From: Lachnospiraceae bacterium UBA7160 | GTDB lineage: Bacteria; Bacillota; Clostridia; Lachnospirales; Lachnospiraceae | Direction of reading: 5' to 3' | Assembly: GCA_002491565.1 (NCBI GenBank) | Contig: DKWE01000060.1 | Coordinates: 15,688-79,687 of the forward strand | Length of the DNA: 64,000 nucleotides | Shown here: positions 12,119 through 21,351 of the stretch, one piece after another | How positions within the stretch are numbered: position 1 is the first letter of the stretch | Layout of the letters: each line of letters begins with the position of its first letter | The notes under the pieces: generated by a model | The model's database searches: none | The model's input: the letters and a program-made list of their open reading frames with translations, nothing else | What the model was told of the DNA's origin: nothing | Made by a program: the position numbers and the translations under genes

Positions 12119-14368
12119 ATGGATAATAATCAGCAAAAGAATAACCAGCAGGGAGGCAACGGCCCTGGACCAAGACCGGGCGGGGGCAAGAAGCCGCCGC
12201 TTATGGGCATTCTGGCAATTATTCTGGTAGTGCTGCTCGGAATTACGATGTTTTCAAATCTGTTCGGCGGTTCGTCCTCGCAGGAGATATCGTATGACAA
12301 ATTCCTGGACTGGCTGGATGCCGGTTATATCAAGAGTGTGACACTTTCAAATGCACGAATCGAGATTGAGCTGAAGGGCGAGGAGCTCCGTGCACTCAGC
12401 GGACAGGGGGCAGTCACATATTATACAGGAAATCCTGGGGATTTGCTTTTGGTGCAGCGCTTGAACGAGGCGGGGGTCACATTCCGTGAGAAGATTGACA
12501 GCGGAATGGGCGGGTTGATCCTGGAGATGGTGATCTACTTTGTCCTGCCGCTTGTAGGCATCTGGGTATTGATGGGGTTTCTGATGCGCCGCATGGGCGG
12601 CGGAGGCGGAGGCGGCATCATGGGTGTCGGCAAGAGCCGGGCGAAGGTGTACAGCCAGAAAGAGACTGGTGTGACCTTTAAGGATGTTGCAGGTCAGGAT
12701 GAGGCGAAGGAATCGCTGCAGGAGGTTGTGGATTTCCTGGAGAATCCCGGGAAGTATACGCAGATCGGTGCAAAGCTGCCGAAGGGCGCGCTTCTGGTCG
12801 GCCCTCCTGGTACTGGTAAGACGCTGCTGGCGAAGGCTGTGGCGGGAGAGGCTCACTGTCCGTTTTTCTCAATTTCCGGTTCAGATTTCGTGGAGATGTT
12901 CGTCGGTGTCGGCGCATCGCGTGTGCGTGACCTGTTCGAGGAAGCAAAGAAAAATGCGCCGTGCATCATTTTTATCGATGAGATTGACGCAGTTGGCCGC
13001 AGCCGTGATACGAAGTTTGGTGGCGGGAATGATGAGCGCGAACAGACGCTGAACCAGCTGCTGGCGGAGATGGACGGCTTTGATACGTCGAAGGGCCTGC
13101 TGGTGCTGGCAGCCACGAACCGTCCGGAGGTGCTGGACCAGGCGCTGCTGCGTCCGGGACGTTTTGACCGGAGAGTCATCGTGGACAAGCCGGATCTGAA
13201 GGGCCGTGTGGATGTCCTGAAGGTGCATTCGAAGGATGTCAGTATGGATGAGACGGTGGATCTGGACGCGATCGCACTTGCAACGTCCGGAGCAGTTGGA
13301 TCGGATCTTGCGAATATGATCAATGAGGCTGCGATTCTGGCAGTCAAGAAAGGGCGCAAGGCAGTGTCCCAGCAGGATCTGTTTGAGGCTGTCGAGGTGG
13401 TGCTGGTCGGCAAGGAGAAGAAGGACCGGATTCTCAGCAAGGAGGAGCGCCGGATTGTTTCTTACCATGAAGTCGGACATGCACTGGTGAGCGCGCTGCA
13501 GAAGGATTCTGAGCCGGTACAGAAGATTACGATTGTACCGCGTACGATGGGAGCGCTTGGCTATGTCATGAATGTGCCGGAAGAGGAAAAATACCTCAAT
13601 ACAGAGAAAGAGATCCGCGCGATGCTCGTTGAATTTGTGGCCGGGCGTGCGGCGGAGGAGATTGTCTTTGACACTGTGACGACAGGCGCGGCGAATGATA
13701 TCGAGAAGGCTACGCGTGTTGCACGCGCGATGGTGACGCAGTACGGCATGTCGAAGAAGTTCGGCCTGATCGGGCTCGAGGTACAGGCAAGTCAGTATCT
13801 GGACAACCGTCCGGTGATGAATTGCTCGGATGTGACAGAGGCAGAGGTGGATCAGGAGGTTATGCAGGTGCTGAAGGACTCCTACGAGGAGGCAAAGCGT
13901 CTGCTGACAGAGCACCGGCAGGCGTTGGATAAGATCGCAGAGTTCCTGATCGAAAAGGAGACGATCACCGGCAAGGAGTTCATGCGGATTCTCCATGAGA
14001 TTGAGGGCACCGGGGACGAGGCAAAGGAGCCGGCGGCAAGAATCAGCGAGAAGCAGGGGCATGAGTCAGAGAAAGCAGTACAGGCAGAGGGAACAGATCA
14101 AGCCAGCGGTGCTGATAGCGCAGCAGGGGCAGGTCAAGCCAGCGACGCTGTAGTGGAGACGCGGATGTCTGTTGAGGATACGGCTCCGCAGGAGCCGGAA
14201 GCTGCGGAACCGGAGGTTTCCGGGGATGCGAAGCTGCAGGCACCGGAGGCTGACGGAAGAATGATGCCGCAGACGCAGGAGGATCAGGAAGCTACAGAGC
14301 AGATGACTGAGACTGCGGACGAGACAGCAACGCAGGTATCGGAATCTGTCGAAGATACGCTGGCGTAG
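12119..14368 (+). CDS. ftsH: ATP-dependent zinc metalloprotease FtsH with long acidic tail
   Basis: 2 TM segments, [23 protein letters not shown]; start MDNNQQ after GAGGAG. Confidence 0.95.
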   Translation: MDNNQQKNNQQGGNGPGPRPGGGKKPPLMGILAIILVVLLGITMFSNLFGGSSSQEISYDKFLDWLDAGYIKSVTLSNARIEIELKGEELRALSGQGAVTYYTGNPGDLLLVQRLNEAGVTFREKIDSGMGGLILEMVIYFVLPLVGIWVLMGFLMRRMGGGGGGGIMGVGKSRAKVYSQKETGVTFKDVAGQDEAKESLQEVVDFLENPGKYTQIGAKLPKGALLVGPPGTGKTLLAKAVAGEAHCPFFSISGSDFVEMFVGVGASRVRDLFEEAKKNAPCIIFIDEIDAVGRSRDTKFGGGNDEREQTLNQLLAEMDGFDTSKGLLVLAATNRPEVLDQALLRPGRFDRRVIVDKPDLKGRVDVLKVHSKDVSMDETVDLDAIALATSGAVGSDLANMINEAAILAVKKGRKAVSQQDLFEAVEVVLVGKEKKDRILSKEERRIVSYHEVGHALVSALQKDSEPVQKITIVPRTMGALGYVMNVPEEEKYLNTEKEIRAMLVEFVAGRAAEEIVFDTVTTGAANDIEKATRVARAMVTQYGMSKKFGLIGLEVQASQYLDNRPVMNCSDVTEAEVDQEVMQVLKDSYEEAKRLLTEHRQALDKIAEFLIEKETITGKEFMRILHEIEGTGDEAKEPAARISEKQGHESEKAVQAEGTDQASGADSAAGAGQASDAVVETRMSVEDTAPQEPEAAEPEVSGDAKLQAPEADGRMMPQTQEDQEATEQMTETADETATQVSESVEDTLA

Positions 14369-14486
14369 CCATCAGAAGATGTCACAGGCACCACTGAGCA
14401 GGCAGCGGAGGTGTTGGCGAAGGGAACATCTGCAGAGACCTCCGATGAGTGATTACTGTTCTGAATATAAAAGAATATAAAATTGG

Positions 14487-14522
14487 AAAGGCCAGTCTGC
14501 ATTGTGCGGATTGGCCTTTTTT
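14487..14522 (+). terminator. Intrinsic terminator after ftsH
   Basis: AAAGGCCAGTCTGCA-TTG-TGCGGATTGGCCTTTTTT. Confidence 0.8.
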
Positions 14523-14609
14523 AAACCTTAAGTTTTTCGAAATTGGTTGCGAATAGCGCAAGTGCGTGGTATGGTAGAAAGCGTGGAAAAAGTAGGACGA
14601 GGTGATTTT

Positions 14610-16247
14610 TTGGATATACTAAGGAGAATAGAAGACTATGCGCGTGCGTGTCCGCAGCGGGAGGCAATCCGGTGCGGAGCGAAGGCGCTGACGTATGAGG
14701 AACTATGGACGTATTCGGATGCGCTGGGAGGCTGGCTGCATCGGTACTGTGGTGACAGAAGAGACCCGATTGCAGTGTATGGACATAAGAATCCGTGGAT
14801 GCTGGTTTGTTTTCTGGCCTGCGTGAAGGCTGGACATGGCTACTGCCCGATCGATGTGTCTGTGCCGGAGGCACGGGTGGAGTTGATTCTGCAGGCATTG
14901 CCGGACGGTCCGGTGCTCTGCACAGAGCGGCTGCAGGCGGATGCGGGGCGGCATGAGATATTTGGACTGGAGCAGCTGCAGGAACTGGTGCGGGAAAAGC
15001 GGTCCAGGCCAGTGGAAAGTGCGTACACTGAAGTGGGTGAATCCTGCCAGGCATCAGCGGAAGAGGTGTATGCGGAGCTGGATGCAGACTGCCGGGTACA
15101 GGGCGATGAGACGTGGTACATTATTTTCACATCGGGAAGTACCGGAACTCCGAAGGGGGTACAGATTTCTGCAGACTGTCTGAATCACTATCTGGACTGG
15201 TCGGTTACACTTGCGGACAGTGAAGCGGAGAAGCTTGGCAAGGTATTCTTGAATCAGGCGCCGTTTTCGTTTGACCTTTCTGTGATGGATCTTTACACTT
15301 CGCTTGCCTGTGGCGGGACCTTATATTGTCTGGAAAAATCCGTGCAGTCGGATTATAAGCAGCTGATGCAAGCGCTGCAGGATTCCAGCGCGGCAGTCTG
15401 GGTGTCTACGCCGTCTTTTGCGGAGGTCTGTTTGTCGGAGAGAGCGTTTGACGCGTCTATGATGCCAAAGCTTGCCACTTTTTTGTTCTGTGGGGAGACA
15501 CTGGCGAACCGGACGGTGCAGAAGCTTCAGGCGCGTTTCCCGGATGCGAAGATCGTAAATACCTATGGCCCGACAGAGTCAACGGTCGCGGTGACAGAAG
15601 TGCTGGTCACGCCGGAGCTGGCGGAGACGGTCAATCCGCTTCCAGTCGGCAGACCGAAGCCGGGAACCGAGATCCGAATCTGTGATGAACAGGGTGCGGG
15701 GCTTCCGGACGGAGAAAAAGGTGAGATCGTGATCCTCGGCGATACGGTCAGCATCGGGTATTACAAGCAGGAAGAACTGACGAAGAAAGCATTTTTTATA
15801 GAAAGCCGCAAGAAGGTTGCCGGGCAATTGGGAGAAGCGCTGCGCGGCTACCACACCGGGGACAAGGGGTATTTGAAAGACGGCATGCTGTTCTACTGCG
15901 GGCGTATCGATTTGCAGATCAAGCTTCACGGCTATCGGATCGAGCTGGAGGACATCGAAAATAATATCCGCAGGCTACCAGGGATCGAGCATGCAGCGGT
16001 GCTGGCGAATGAGCGGGACGGGAAAGTGAAAAGCCTGACTGCCTGTGTCGTGGAGAAGGAGCTGCCTGCTGACCCGCGCAGCGAGACAAAGGCGCTGAAA
16101 CAAGGACTTCTTGCATTTGTGCCGGACTACATGGTACCGAAGAAGTTTGTATTTCTGGAGCAGATGCCGATGACCGCAAATGGCAAGGCGGACCGGAAGC
16201 GGCTGCGCGCTTATCTGGAGCAGGGGCAGGAGGCAGTGACGCAATGA
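14610..16247 (+). CDS. dltA: D-alanine--D-alanyl carrier protein ligase
   Basis: YIIFTSGSTGTPKG, NQAPFSFDLSV, NTYGPTE motifs; TTG start after GAGGTG; followed by dltB,C,D. Confidence 0.93.
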   Translation: MDILRRIEDYARACPQREAIRCGAKALTYEELWTYSDALGGWLHRYCGDRRDPIAVYGHKNPWMLVCFLACVKAGHGYCPIDVSVPEARVELILQALPDGPVLCTERLQADAGRHEIFGLEQLQELVREKRSRPVESAYTEVGESCQASAEEVYAELDADCRVQGDETWYIIFTSGSTGTPKGVQISADCLNHYLDWSVTLADSEAEKLGKVFLNQAPFSFDLSVMDLYTSLACGGTLYCLEKSVQSDYKQLMQALQDSSAAVWVSTPSFAEVCLSERAFDASMMPKLATFLFCGETLANRTVQKLQARFPDAKIVNTYGPTESTVAVTEVLVTPELAETVNPLPVGRPKPGTEIRICDEQGAGLPDGEKGEIVILGDTVSIGYYKQEELTKKAFFIESRKKVAGQLGEALRGYHTGDKGYLKDGMLFYCGRIDLQIKLHGYRIELEDIENNIRRLPGIEHAAVLANERDGKVKSLTACVVEKELPADPRSETKALKQGLLAFVPDYMVPKKFVFLEQMPMTANGKADRKRLRAYLEQGQEAVTQ

Positions 16248-17404
16248 ATTACTACGAGGGCATTGCCTTTTTCCTTCTTCTGATACTCGTGCTGGTGGGC
16301 GCTATTGTGATCGGCTGGCTGGAGAAGCCGCTGAAATGGTACAGTCTGCTCGCATCCCTGTTCTTCGCAGCGCTGATATTCTGGGGTAATCCGGCTGGCA
16401 TTTTGTATTTGCTGGCATTTTACCTCTGGTCGGTGGCGCTGATCCGGATTTATTTTACCATCCGGGTGCGGGACGGCAGAAAAGAAGGCATTTACCATGT
16501 GTTTGTCTTGCTGTCTCTGATTCCGCTTGTGCTCTGTAAGGTGACGCCGCTGTTTCACGCAAATGTGTTCGGGTTCATTGGGATCTCTTACCTGACCTTC
16601 CGTGTGGTACAGATGATCATCGAGATCTATGACGGCGTAATCAAAGAGGTGTCGGTTCTGGAAGTAACCGCGTTTCTTGCGTTTTTTCCGAGCTTCAGCT
16701 CCGGTCCGATCGACCGCAGCCGGAGGTTTCTCGCGGACTGGAACCGGGTGCTGCCGCGCGCAGAGTATCTGGAGCTGTGCGGGAAGGGAATCTGGAAGCT
16801 GCTGCTCGGCGCAGTCTACAAAATGGTGATCGCAGCGGGCGCTTATAAGGTCATGGGGTATCTGGATACCGGGACAGCCTGGTATCATCTGGTCGGATAT
16901 GCGTATGCCTATGGCATGTATCTGTTCTTTGATTTTGCGGGCTATTCTCTGATGGCAGTCGGCAGTTCCTATATCCTTGGGATTGAGACGCCGGAGAATT
17001 TCCGGCAGCCGTTTATCAGCAAGGATATCCGGGAATTCTGGGACCGGTGGCATATCACGTTGTCCCATTGGTTCCGCGATTTTATCTTTACGCGGTTTGT
17101 GATGTACAGCTCGAAAAAGAAATGGTTCTCCAACCGTCTGCAGCGCGCATGTGCGGGATTTTTTGTAGATATGGGAATCATGGGGCTGTGGCATGGCATC
17201 ACACCGTCCTATATTCTGTATGGCCTGTACCATGGCGCTCTGCTCGCAGGGACAGAGACCTGGCAGAAAAAATCGAAATTCTATAAGAAACATAAGGATG
17301 AGACCTGGTATCAGGTGCTTTCGTGGGCGGTCACGATGCAGATGGTGTTTTTCGGGTTCTTCCTGTTTTCCGGAAAGCTGATGACAATATTTGGGCTACA
17401 GTAA
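16244..17404 (+). CDS. dltB: MBOAT D-alanyl transfer protein
   Basis: SGPIDR, FFDFAGYS, FWDRWHITLS, MGLWHG. Confidence 0.93.
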   Translation: MNYYEGIAFFLLLILVLVGAIVIGWLEKPLKWYSLLASLFFAALIFWGNPAGILYLLAFYLWSVALIRIYFTIRVRDGRKEGIYHVFVLLSLIPLVLCKVTPLFHANVFGFIGISYLTFRVVQMIIEIYDGVIKEVSVLEVTAFLAFFPSFSSGPIDRSRRFLADWNRVLPRAEYLELCGKGIWKLLLGAVYKMVIAAGAYKVMGYLDTGTAWYHLVGYAYAYGMYLFFDFAGYSLMAVGSSYILGIETPENFRQPFISKDIREFWDRWHITLSHWFRDFIFTRFVMYSSKKKWFSNRLQRACAGFFVDMGIMGLWHGITPSYILYGLYHGALLAGTETWQKKSKFYKKHKDETWYQVLSWAVTMQMVFFGFFLFSGKLMTIFGLQ

Positions 17405-17594
17405 TAGTCGTTGGATAGGATTCTGTTCCGGAATTCAGCCGCCTGTCGGATGATCTGGTCGGTTGTTCGTTCCGTGGCGATGGCGCTGGAAAATCAAGCT
17501 GTGAAAATTTACCAGATAAGAGCAGGACAGGTTTTGATATACAGGAAGCAGATTTTGAATCAATCGGTACACTTAGTAGAAAGGAAGAAAAGCA

Positions 17595-17825
17595 ATGAGA
17601 GAAGAAGTATTGAATTTACTGGCAGAGATTTGCGAGGATGATGCGGTAAAGGAGGATTTGCAGACGGAGCTGTTTGAGTCCGGTCTGATGGATTCGCTTG
17701 GGTTTGCGGAGTTTCTGGTAGAGCTCGAGGATCAGTGCGGGGTGGTGATCTCTCCGTCTGAGGTAGAGCGGAAGGACATCGATACTCCGGAGAAGATCCT
17801 TGCGCTTGTGGAAGCAAGGAGATAG
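17595..17825 (+). CDS. dltC: D-alanyl carrier protein
   Basis: LFESGLMDSLG phosphopantetheine site, DTPEKI. Confidence 0.9.
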   Translation: MREEVLNLLAEICEDDAVKEDLQTELFESGLMDSLGFAEFLVELEDQCGVVISPSEVERKDIDTPEKILALVEARR

Positions 17826-17827
17826 CC

Positions 17828-19150
17828 GTGAGACGGATGAAAGCATTTCTGGCAGCTCTGCTTCTTTTTGCGGTGACGGTACTGGGCTGCCATCTCTACA
17901 TACAAAATCAGGGCGTGAACGACAGCGCTTCCTTTGCGCTTGCACCGAGTGAGGAGAAAGGCAAGCTGCGCGCTGCGCTGACAGAGAATATGCCCAAGGA
18001 CGGATATCCGGTGTTCGGCTCTTCCGAGTTCATGCATGGAGCGGATACGATCTACCATCCGGCGAACGTTTTTGCACAGACCGATTTTCATCCAATGCTG
18101 ATCGGGGCAGGGTATTATCAGTCTTTGAGTCATGCGGTCACGCTGGCCTCTATTGAGGAGAGTATGCAGGTGCGCAAGGCAGTCCTGATTCTTTCCCCGC
18201 AGTGGTTCCGCAAGACCGGTGTGGTGGACCAGGCATATGCGTCACGCTTTACTGAGACACATTATGCGGCGGCAATGGGAAATGAAAAGCTGTCCGATGA
18301 GACGAAGCAGTATATTTCAGACCGGACGCAAAAGCTTCTGAAGGTAGATGAGAAGACACGCGTGCGCGTACTCCGGTATGACGAGGTGCGCTGGAAGCAG
18401 GAGGGGGGCCCGCTCGCTGAACTCCGGGAGGAGGCATGGTCGGCGTTCCTGTATGAGAAGGAGCTGTTTGAGACGATGCTGCTCGGGAAATCGCTGAAGC
18501 GTCAGGAAAAGCGTCGGGCTGAGACTGCATCAGAGGTGCCGCTTGTACTGGAGGGGGCCGAGGATGCATCAGCTATACCAGAGATCTCAGAGCCTTCTGG
18601 AAACATGCCGGCTATACTAGAGACATCTGGAACTTCAGAAAATGAATTGCCGGTGGCAGAGGCATCTGAGTTTGCGGAAGGCGCGTCATATGTTCCGGAC
18701 TGGTCTGCGCTGTATGAGCTGGCAGAAAAAGAAGGCGAAGAGCAGAACCAGAATGAGTTTTTCATAGACGACGCCGCTTATAAGCGGCTCGTGCCGCACC
18801 TTCCTAAAAAGAAGGGAGTGAGCAGTGATGCGGTCAAGGGCTACCAGACCGGGCCGGAATTTGATGATCTGCGCTGCTTTCTTACCGTGTGCCGGGAGCT
18901 TGGCGTGGAGCCGATGATTGTGGTCGTCCCGGTGAACGGGTACTATTATGATTATACCGGGTTCCCGAAGGAGGCACGGCAGGCATACTACGCGAAGGTG
19001 AAGGGAATTGCAGAAGAGTACGGTGCGAAGGTTGCGGATTTCTCTGATCAGGAATACACAAAGTATTTCTTCGAGGATCGGGTTCACCTCGGGAAGAAAG
19101 GATGGCTGATGGTAAATGAAAGCCTTTATGAATTTTACAAAGAAGCTTGA
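17828..19150 (+). CDS. dltD: D-alanyl-lipoteichoic acid biosynthesis protein
   Basis: PVFGSSE, LSPQWF, DRVHLGKKGW; GTG start; acidic internal insertion. Confidence 0.9.
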   Translation: MRRMKAFLAALLLFAVTVLGCHLYIQNQGVNDSASFALAPSEEKGKLRAALTENMPKDGYPVFGSSEFMHGADTIYHPANVFAQTDFHPMLIGAGYYQSLSHAVTLASIEESMQVRKAVLILSPQWFRKTGVVDQAYASRFTETHYAAAMGNEKLSDETKQYISDRTQKLLKVDEKTRVRVLRYDEVRWKQEGGPLAELREEAWSAFLYEKELFETMLLGKSLKRQEKRRAETASEVPLVLEGAEDASAIPEISEPSGNMPAILETSGTSENELPVAEASEFAEGASYVPDWSALYELAEKEGEEQNQNEFFIDDAAYKRLVPHLPKKKGVSSDAVKGYQTGPEFDDLRCFLTVCRELGVEPMIVVVPVNGYYYDYTGFPKEARQAYYAKVKGIAEEYGAKVADFSDQEYTKYFFEDRVHLGKKGWLMVNESLYEFYKEA

Positions 19151-19277
19151 GGATCATCCGAGGCTGCAGTTTGTGCTGCAGACGCTCGGATTCTATGTGC
19201 TGATGATGGTGCTGTTTCTGTACTTTATGACCGCAAATCTGTCGACGGCGCCGAAGTTTGTGTATTCGCAGTTCTGA
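19128..19277 (+). CDS. dltX: Teichoic acid D-alanylation small membrane protein (49 aa)
   Basis: Not in ORF track; MNFTKKLEDHPRLQFVLQTLGFYVLMMVLFLYFMTANLSTAPKFVYSQF has one TM and the DltX-type F-x-Y-x-x-F C-terminus; overlaps the dltD end. Confidence 0.85.
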   Translation: MNFTKKLEDHPRLQFVLQTLGFYVLMMVLFLYFMTANLSTAPKFVYSQF

Positions 19278-21065
19278 TTAAAATGTTTCTTCCTGCTGTT
19301 CAATTTTCTGGAGCATTCGCCACAGGGTCGTGCGGCTGATGCCGAGCTTTCGGGCAGCGGTGCTCTGGTTGCCGCCGCATTCCGCGAGGATCTGCCGCAG
19401 GATGTCGAGATTGATCTCTTCAAGAGTACGGTGCAGGTCCAGGGACGGTGCGGAGACCGCGCATGGAAGCTCTCTGCGGAGCAGACGGCTGACTTCGGAA
19501 GCACGGATGTAGGGAGAGTCCGCAGAAGCAACAAGTTCATTCATGATCCGCTCGAGCTGGTCGTAGTTGCCGGGCCAGGTATAGGATTGCATTTGACGGA
19601 TGCCCTCCGGCTCGATGCCGACGACTTCTTTTGCGAGCTTCATATTCAGATTGCCGATATATAAGCTGACGAGGTTTGGCATGTCGGAGAGATGCGTGCG
19701 CATCGGGGCGATTTCAAGGAGCAGGCAGGTGAGCCGGTTGAGCACTCTGCGGCACCGCGCAGGCATGTTTCCGTCCGCATCATAGTGGAACGTGATCAGG
19801 ATGCGGTTTTTCTGCGTCAGATTCAGATCTACGATGATGCCAAGCAGCTCTTCAAACTGAGCATCGGAGAGCTGGCTGATATTCTGGAGATAGATTGTTG
19901 TATTGGTGTCGGACAGAGGAGAAGAGTTATGGCTGGTCAGAAATGTCCAGCCTTTTTCATTGATCCGCGCGCAGTCAATGATTGCCATTGGCCGGTTCTG
20001 CAGGCGGCTCCTTGCATAGATCAGCCTTGCGAGGGATTCCTTTCCGGTTCCAGGCTCACCTATGATCACGAGAGGCGCGTTGCTCGCCGCATACTGCTCA
20101 ATCGACATGCCCTGGGGAGTAGCGGAGTGTGTGATGCCATAGAAGCTGTTGTAAAAGATGTCAAACGCTTCCTCGCGGTTGATATAACGGATGCCGTTTT
20201 TGGTCAGGGCAAGCGGGACCTTGCGGTGGTTAATATAATAGATTACATAGGTTCTATCTTCAAAGACCTTCCGGCAGCCCTGCATAACGTACAGAAGCCC
20301 GGAATATTCGTGGTAAATTTTCTTTTCTCCCTGCTCCAGTACTCCTGGCAGGTTCGCTTTAAGCGCGGCAATGACAGGCTCCGAAAGCTCGGAAACCCTT
20401 GTGAGCAGCACAGGCTTTGCATTCTCGTCAAAGACGACAACCGGCCAGGGGTGGTTATCAAGAATCAGACGCGAAAAGCCAAGGCCAGACTTCAGCCGGT
20501 CATGGGAGCGCCCGATCTGTACGGCAGAGTCAAAGGCGGATTCCACACTCTCTATGCCGGATGCAATCAGGATAGAGGTGAGGCCATAGCGCATCGCAAT
20601 AGAATTTGTAATCATGTCGCAGAGTACCATGCGGCAGCCCTCCCGCTGCAGCTTTTCCAGGATATCAGTCGCTTCTCTTTCATTGTGAATTGTATAGATG
20701 TCGATGCTGTACTGCATCATATCGCATAGAAAATGGGCATTCCGCGTGATTGCCGGAAAGCCGACGAGTGCATACTTGCTGGTATAATTTTCTGCCAGCT
20801 TGATGGAGCGGAAGATGTCATAGACCGAAAGCGGGATGTCGACGACGGGAAATGTTGTTGTTTTACGGATTAGCTCAGCAGTGCCTCCGCGTGAGATGAT
20901 GACGTCCGGGTCAGTCTGCGTATACCGTGAAACGATTGCGGCGCCAGCTTCCATATCTCCGGTAAACACTTCCAGTTCCACATCGTCTCTGCGGGCGGCT
21001 GCCTGCTGCATTAGATTTTGAATTCCTTCATAGGGCGCAATGCCCAGTATTTTCACTTTTTTCAT
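19278..21065 (-). CDS. PrpR N-terminal domain regulator with degenerate AAA+ domain and Fis-type HTH
   Basis: IISRGGTA PrpR_N motif, GEPGTGKE, WPGN, AARKLGISRTTLWR; no GAFTGA, Walker B reads IYLQNI. Confidence 0.88.
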   Translation of the reverse strand: MKKVKILGIAPYEGIQNLMQQAAARRDDVELEVFTGDMEAGAAIVSRYTQTDPDVIISRGGTAELIRKTTTFPVVDIPLSVYDIFRSIKLAENYTSKYALVGFPAITRNAHFLCDMMQYSIDIYTIHNEREATDILEKLQREGCRMVLCDMITNSIAMRYGLTSILIASGIESVESAFDSAVQIGRSHDRLKSGLGFSRLILDNHPWPVVVFDENAKPVLLTRVSELSEPVIAALKANLPGVLEQGEKKIYHEYSGLLYVMQGCRKVFEDRTYVIYYINHRKVPLALTKNGIRYINREEAFDIFYNSFYGITHSATPQGMSIEQYAASNAPLVIIGEPGTGKESLARLIYARSRLQNRPMAIIDCARINEKGWTFLTSHNSSPLSDTNTTIYLQNISQLSDAQFEELLGIIVDLNLTQKNRILITFHYDADGNMPARCRRVLNRLTCLLLEIAPMRTHLSDMPNLVSLYIGNLNMKLAKEVVGIEPEGIRQMQSYTWPGNYDQLERIMNELVASADSPYIRASEVSRLLRRELPCAVSAPSLDLHRTLEEINLDILRQILAECGGNQSTAARKLGISRTTLWRMLQKIEQQEETF

Positions 21066-21163
21066 GTTTCCTTTCCTCGGTTATTTTTCTTGTCAGTGGT
21101 GTCCTCTGTTTTGTCTTGCTGCAGTTGCTTCTAACTGTTCCAATTTTACCATATTTTGCTAAA

Positions 21164-21326
21164 TATTTCAATTATAAACATGAATGTTTCGAAATAAAAC
21201 AATAACACGCAAAAAACGCCGATAAATATATTGAAAAATAAAAAAATTATGGTAATATAGAACATACAAGAAGCGGAAACGGGAAAACCCATCCGCAAAA
21301 ACACCATAATGTTTCATATAGAAACA
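21164..21326. promoter_or_regulatory. Three 17-bp TGTTTC-N5-NAAACA pseudo-palindromes around a sigma70-type promoter
   Basis: Sites 21164 (TATTTCAATTATAAACA), 21185 (TGTTTCGAAATAAAACA), 21310 (TGTTTCATATAGAAACA); TTGAAA(21231)-16-TAATAT(21253) with TG extension. Confidence 0.6.
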
Positions 21327-21351
21327 AACAAATAAGGAGGGGCATTACAAG

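Noticed and set aside
17411-17641. 76-aa ORF in the dltB-dltC gap
   Set aside because: No RBS, no motif, and overlaps dltC out of frame
14610-17825. NRPS-like secondary metabolite cluster (adenylation domain, carrier protein, MBOAT)
   Set aside because: Motifs and the presence of DltD and DltX identify a dlt operon
21066-21351. sigma54 promoter for the PrpR-like regulator
   Set aside because: No TGGCAC-N5-TTGC element seen and the protein lacks GAFTGA
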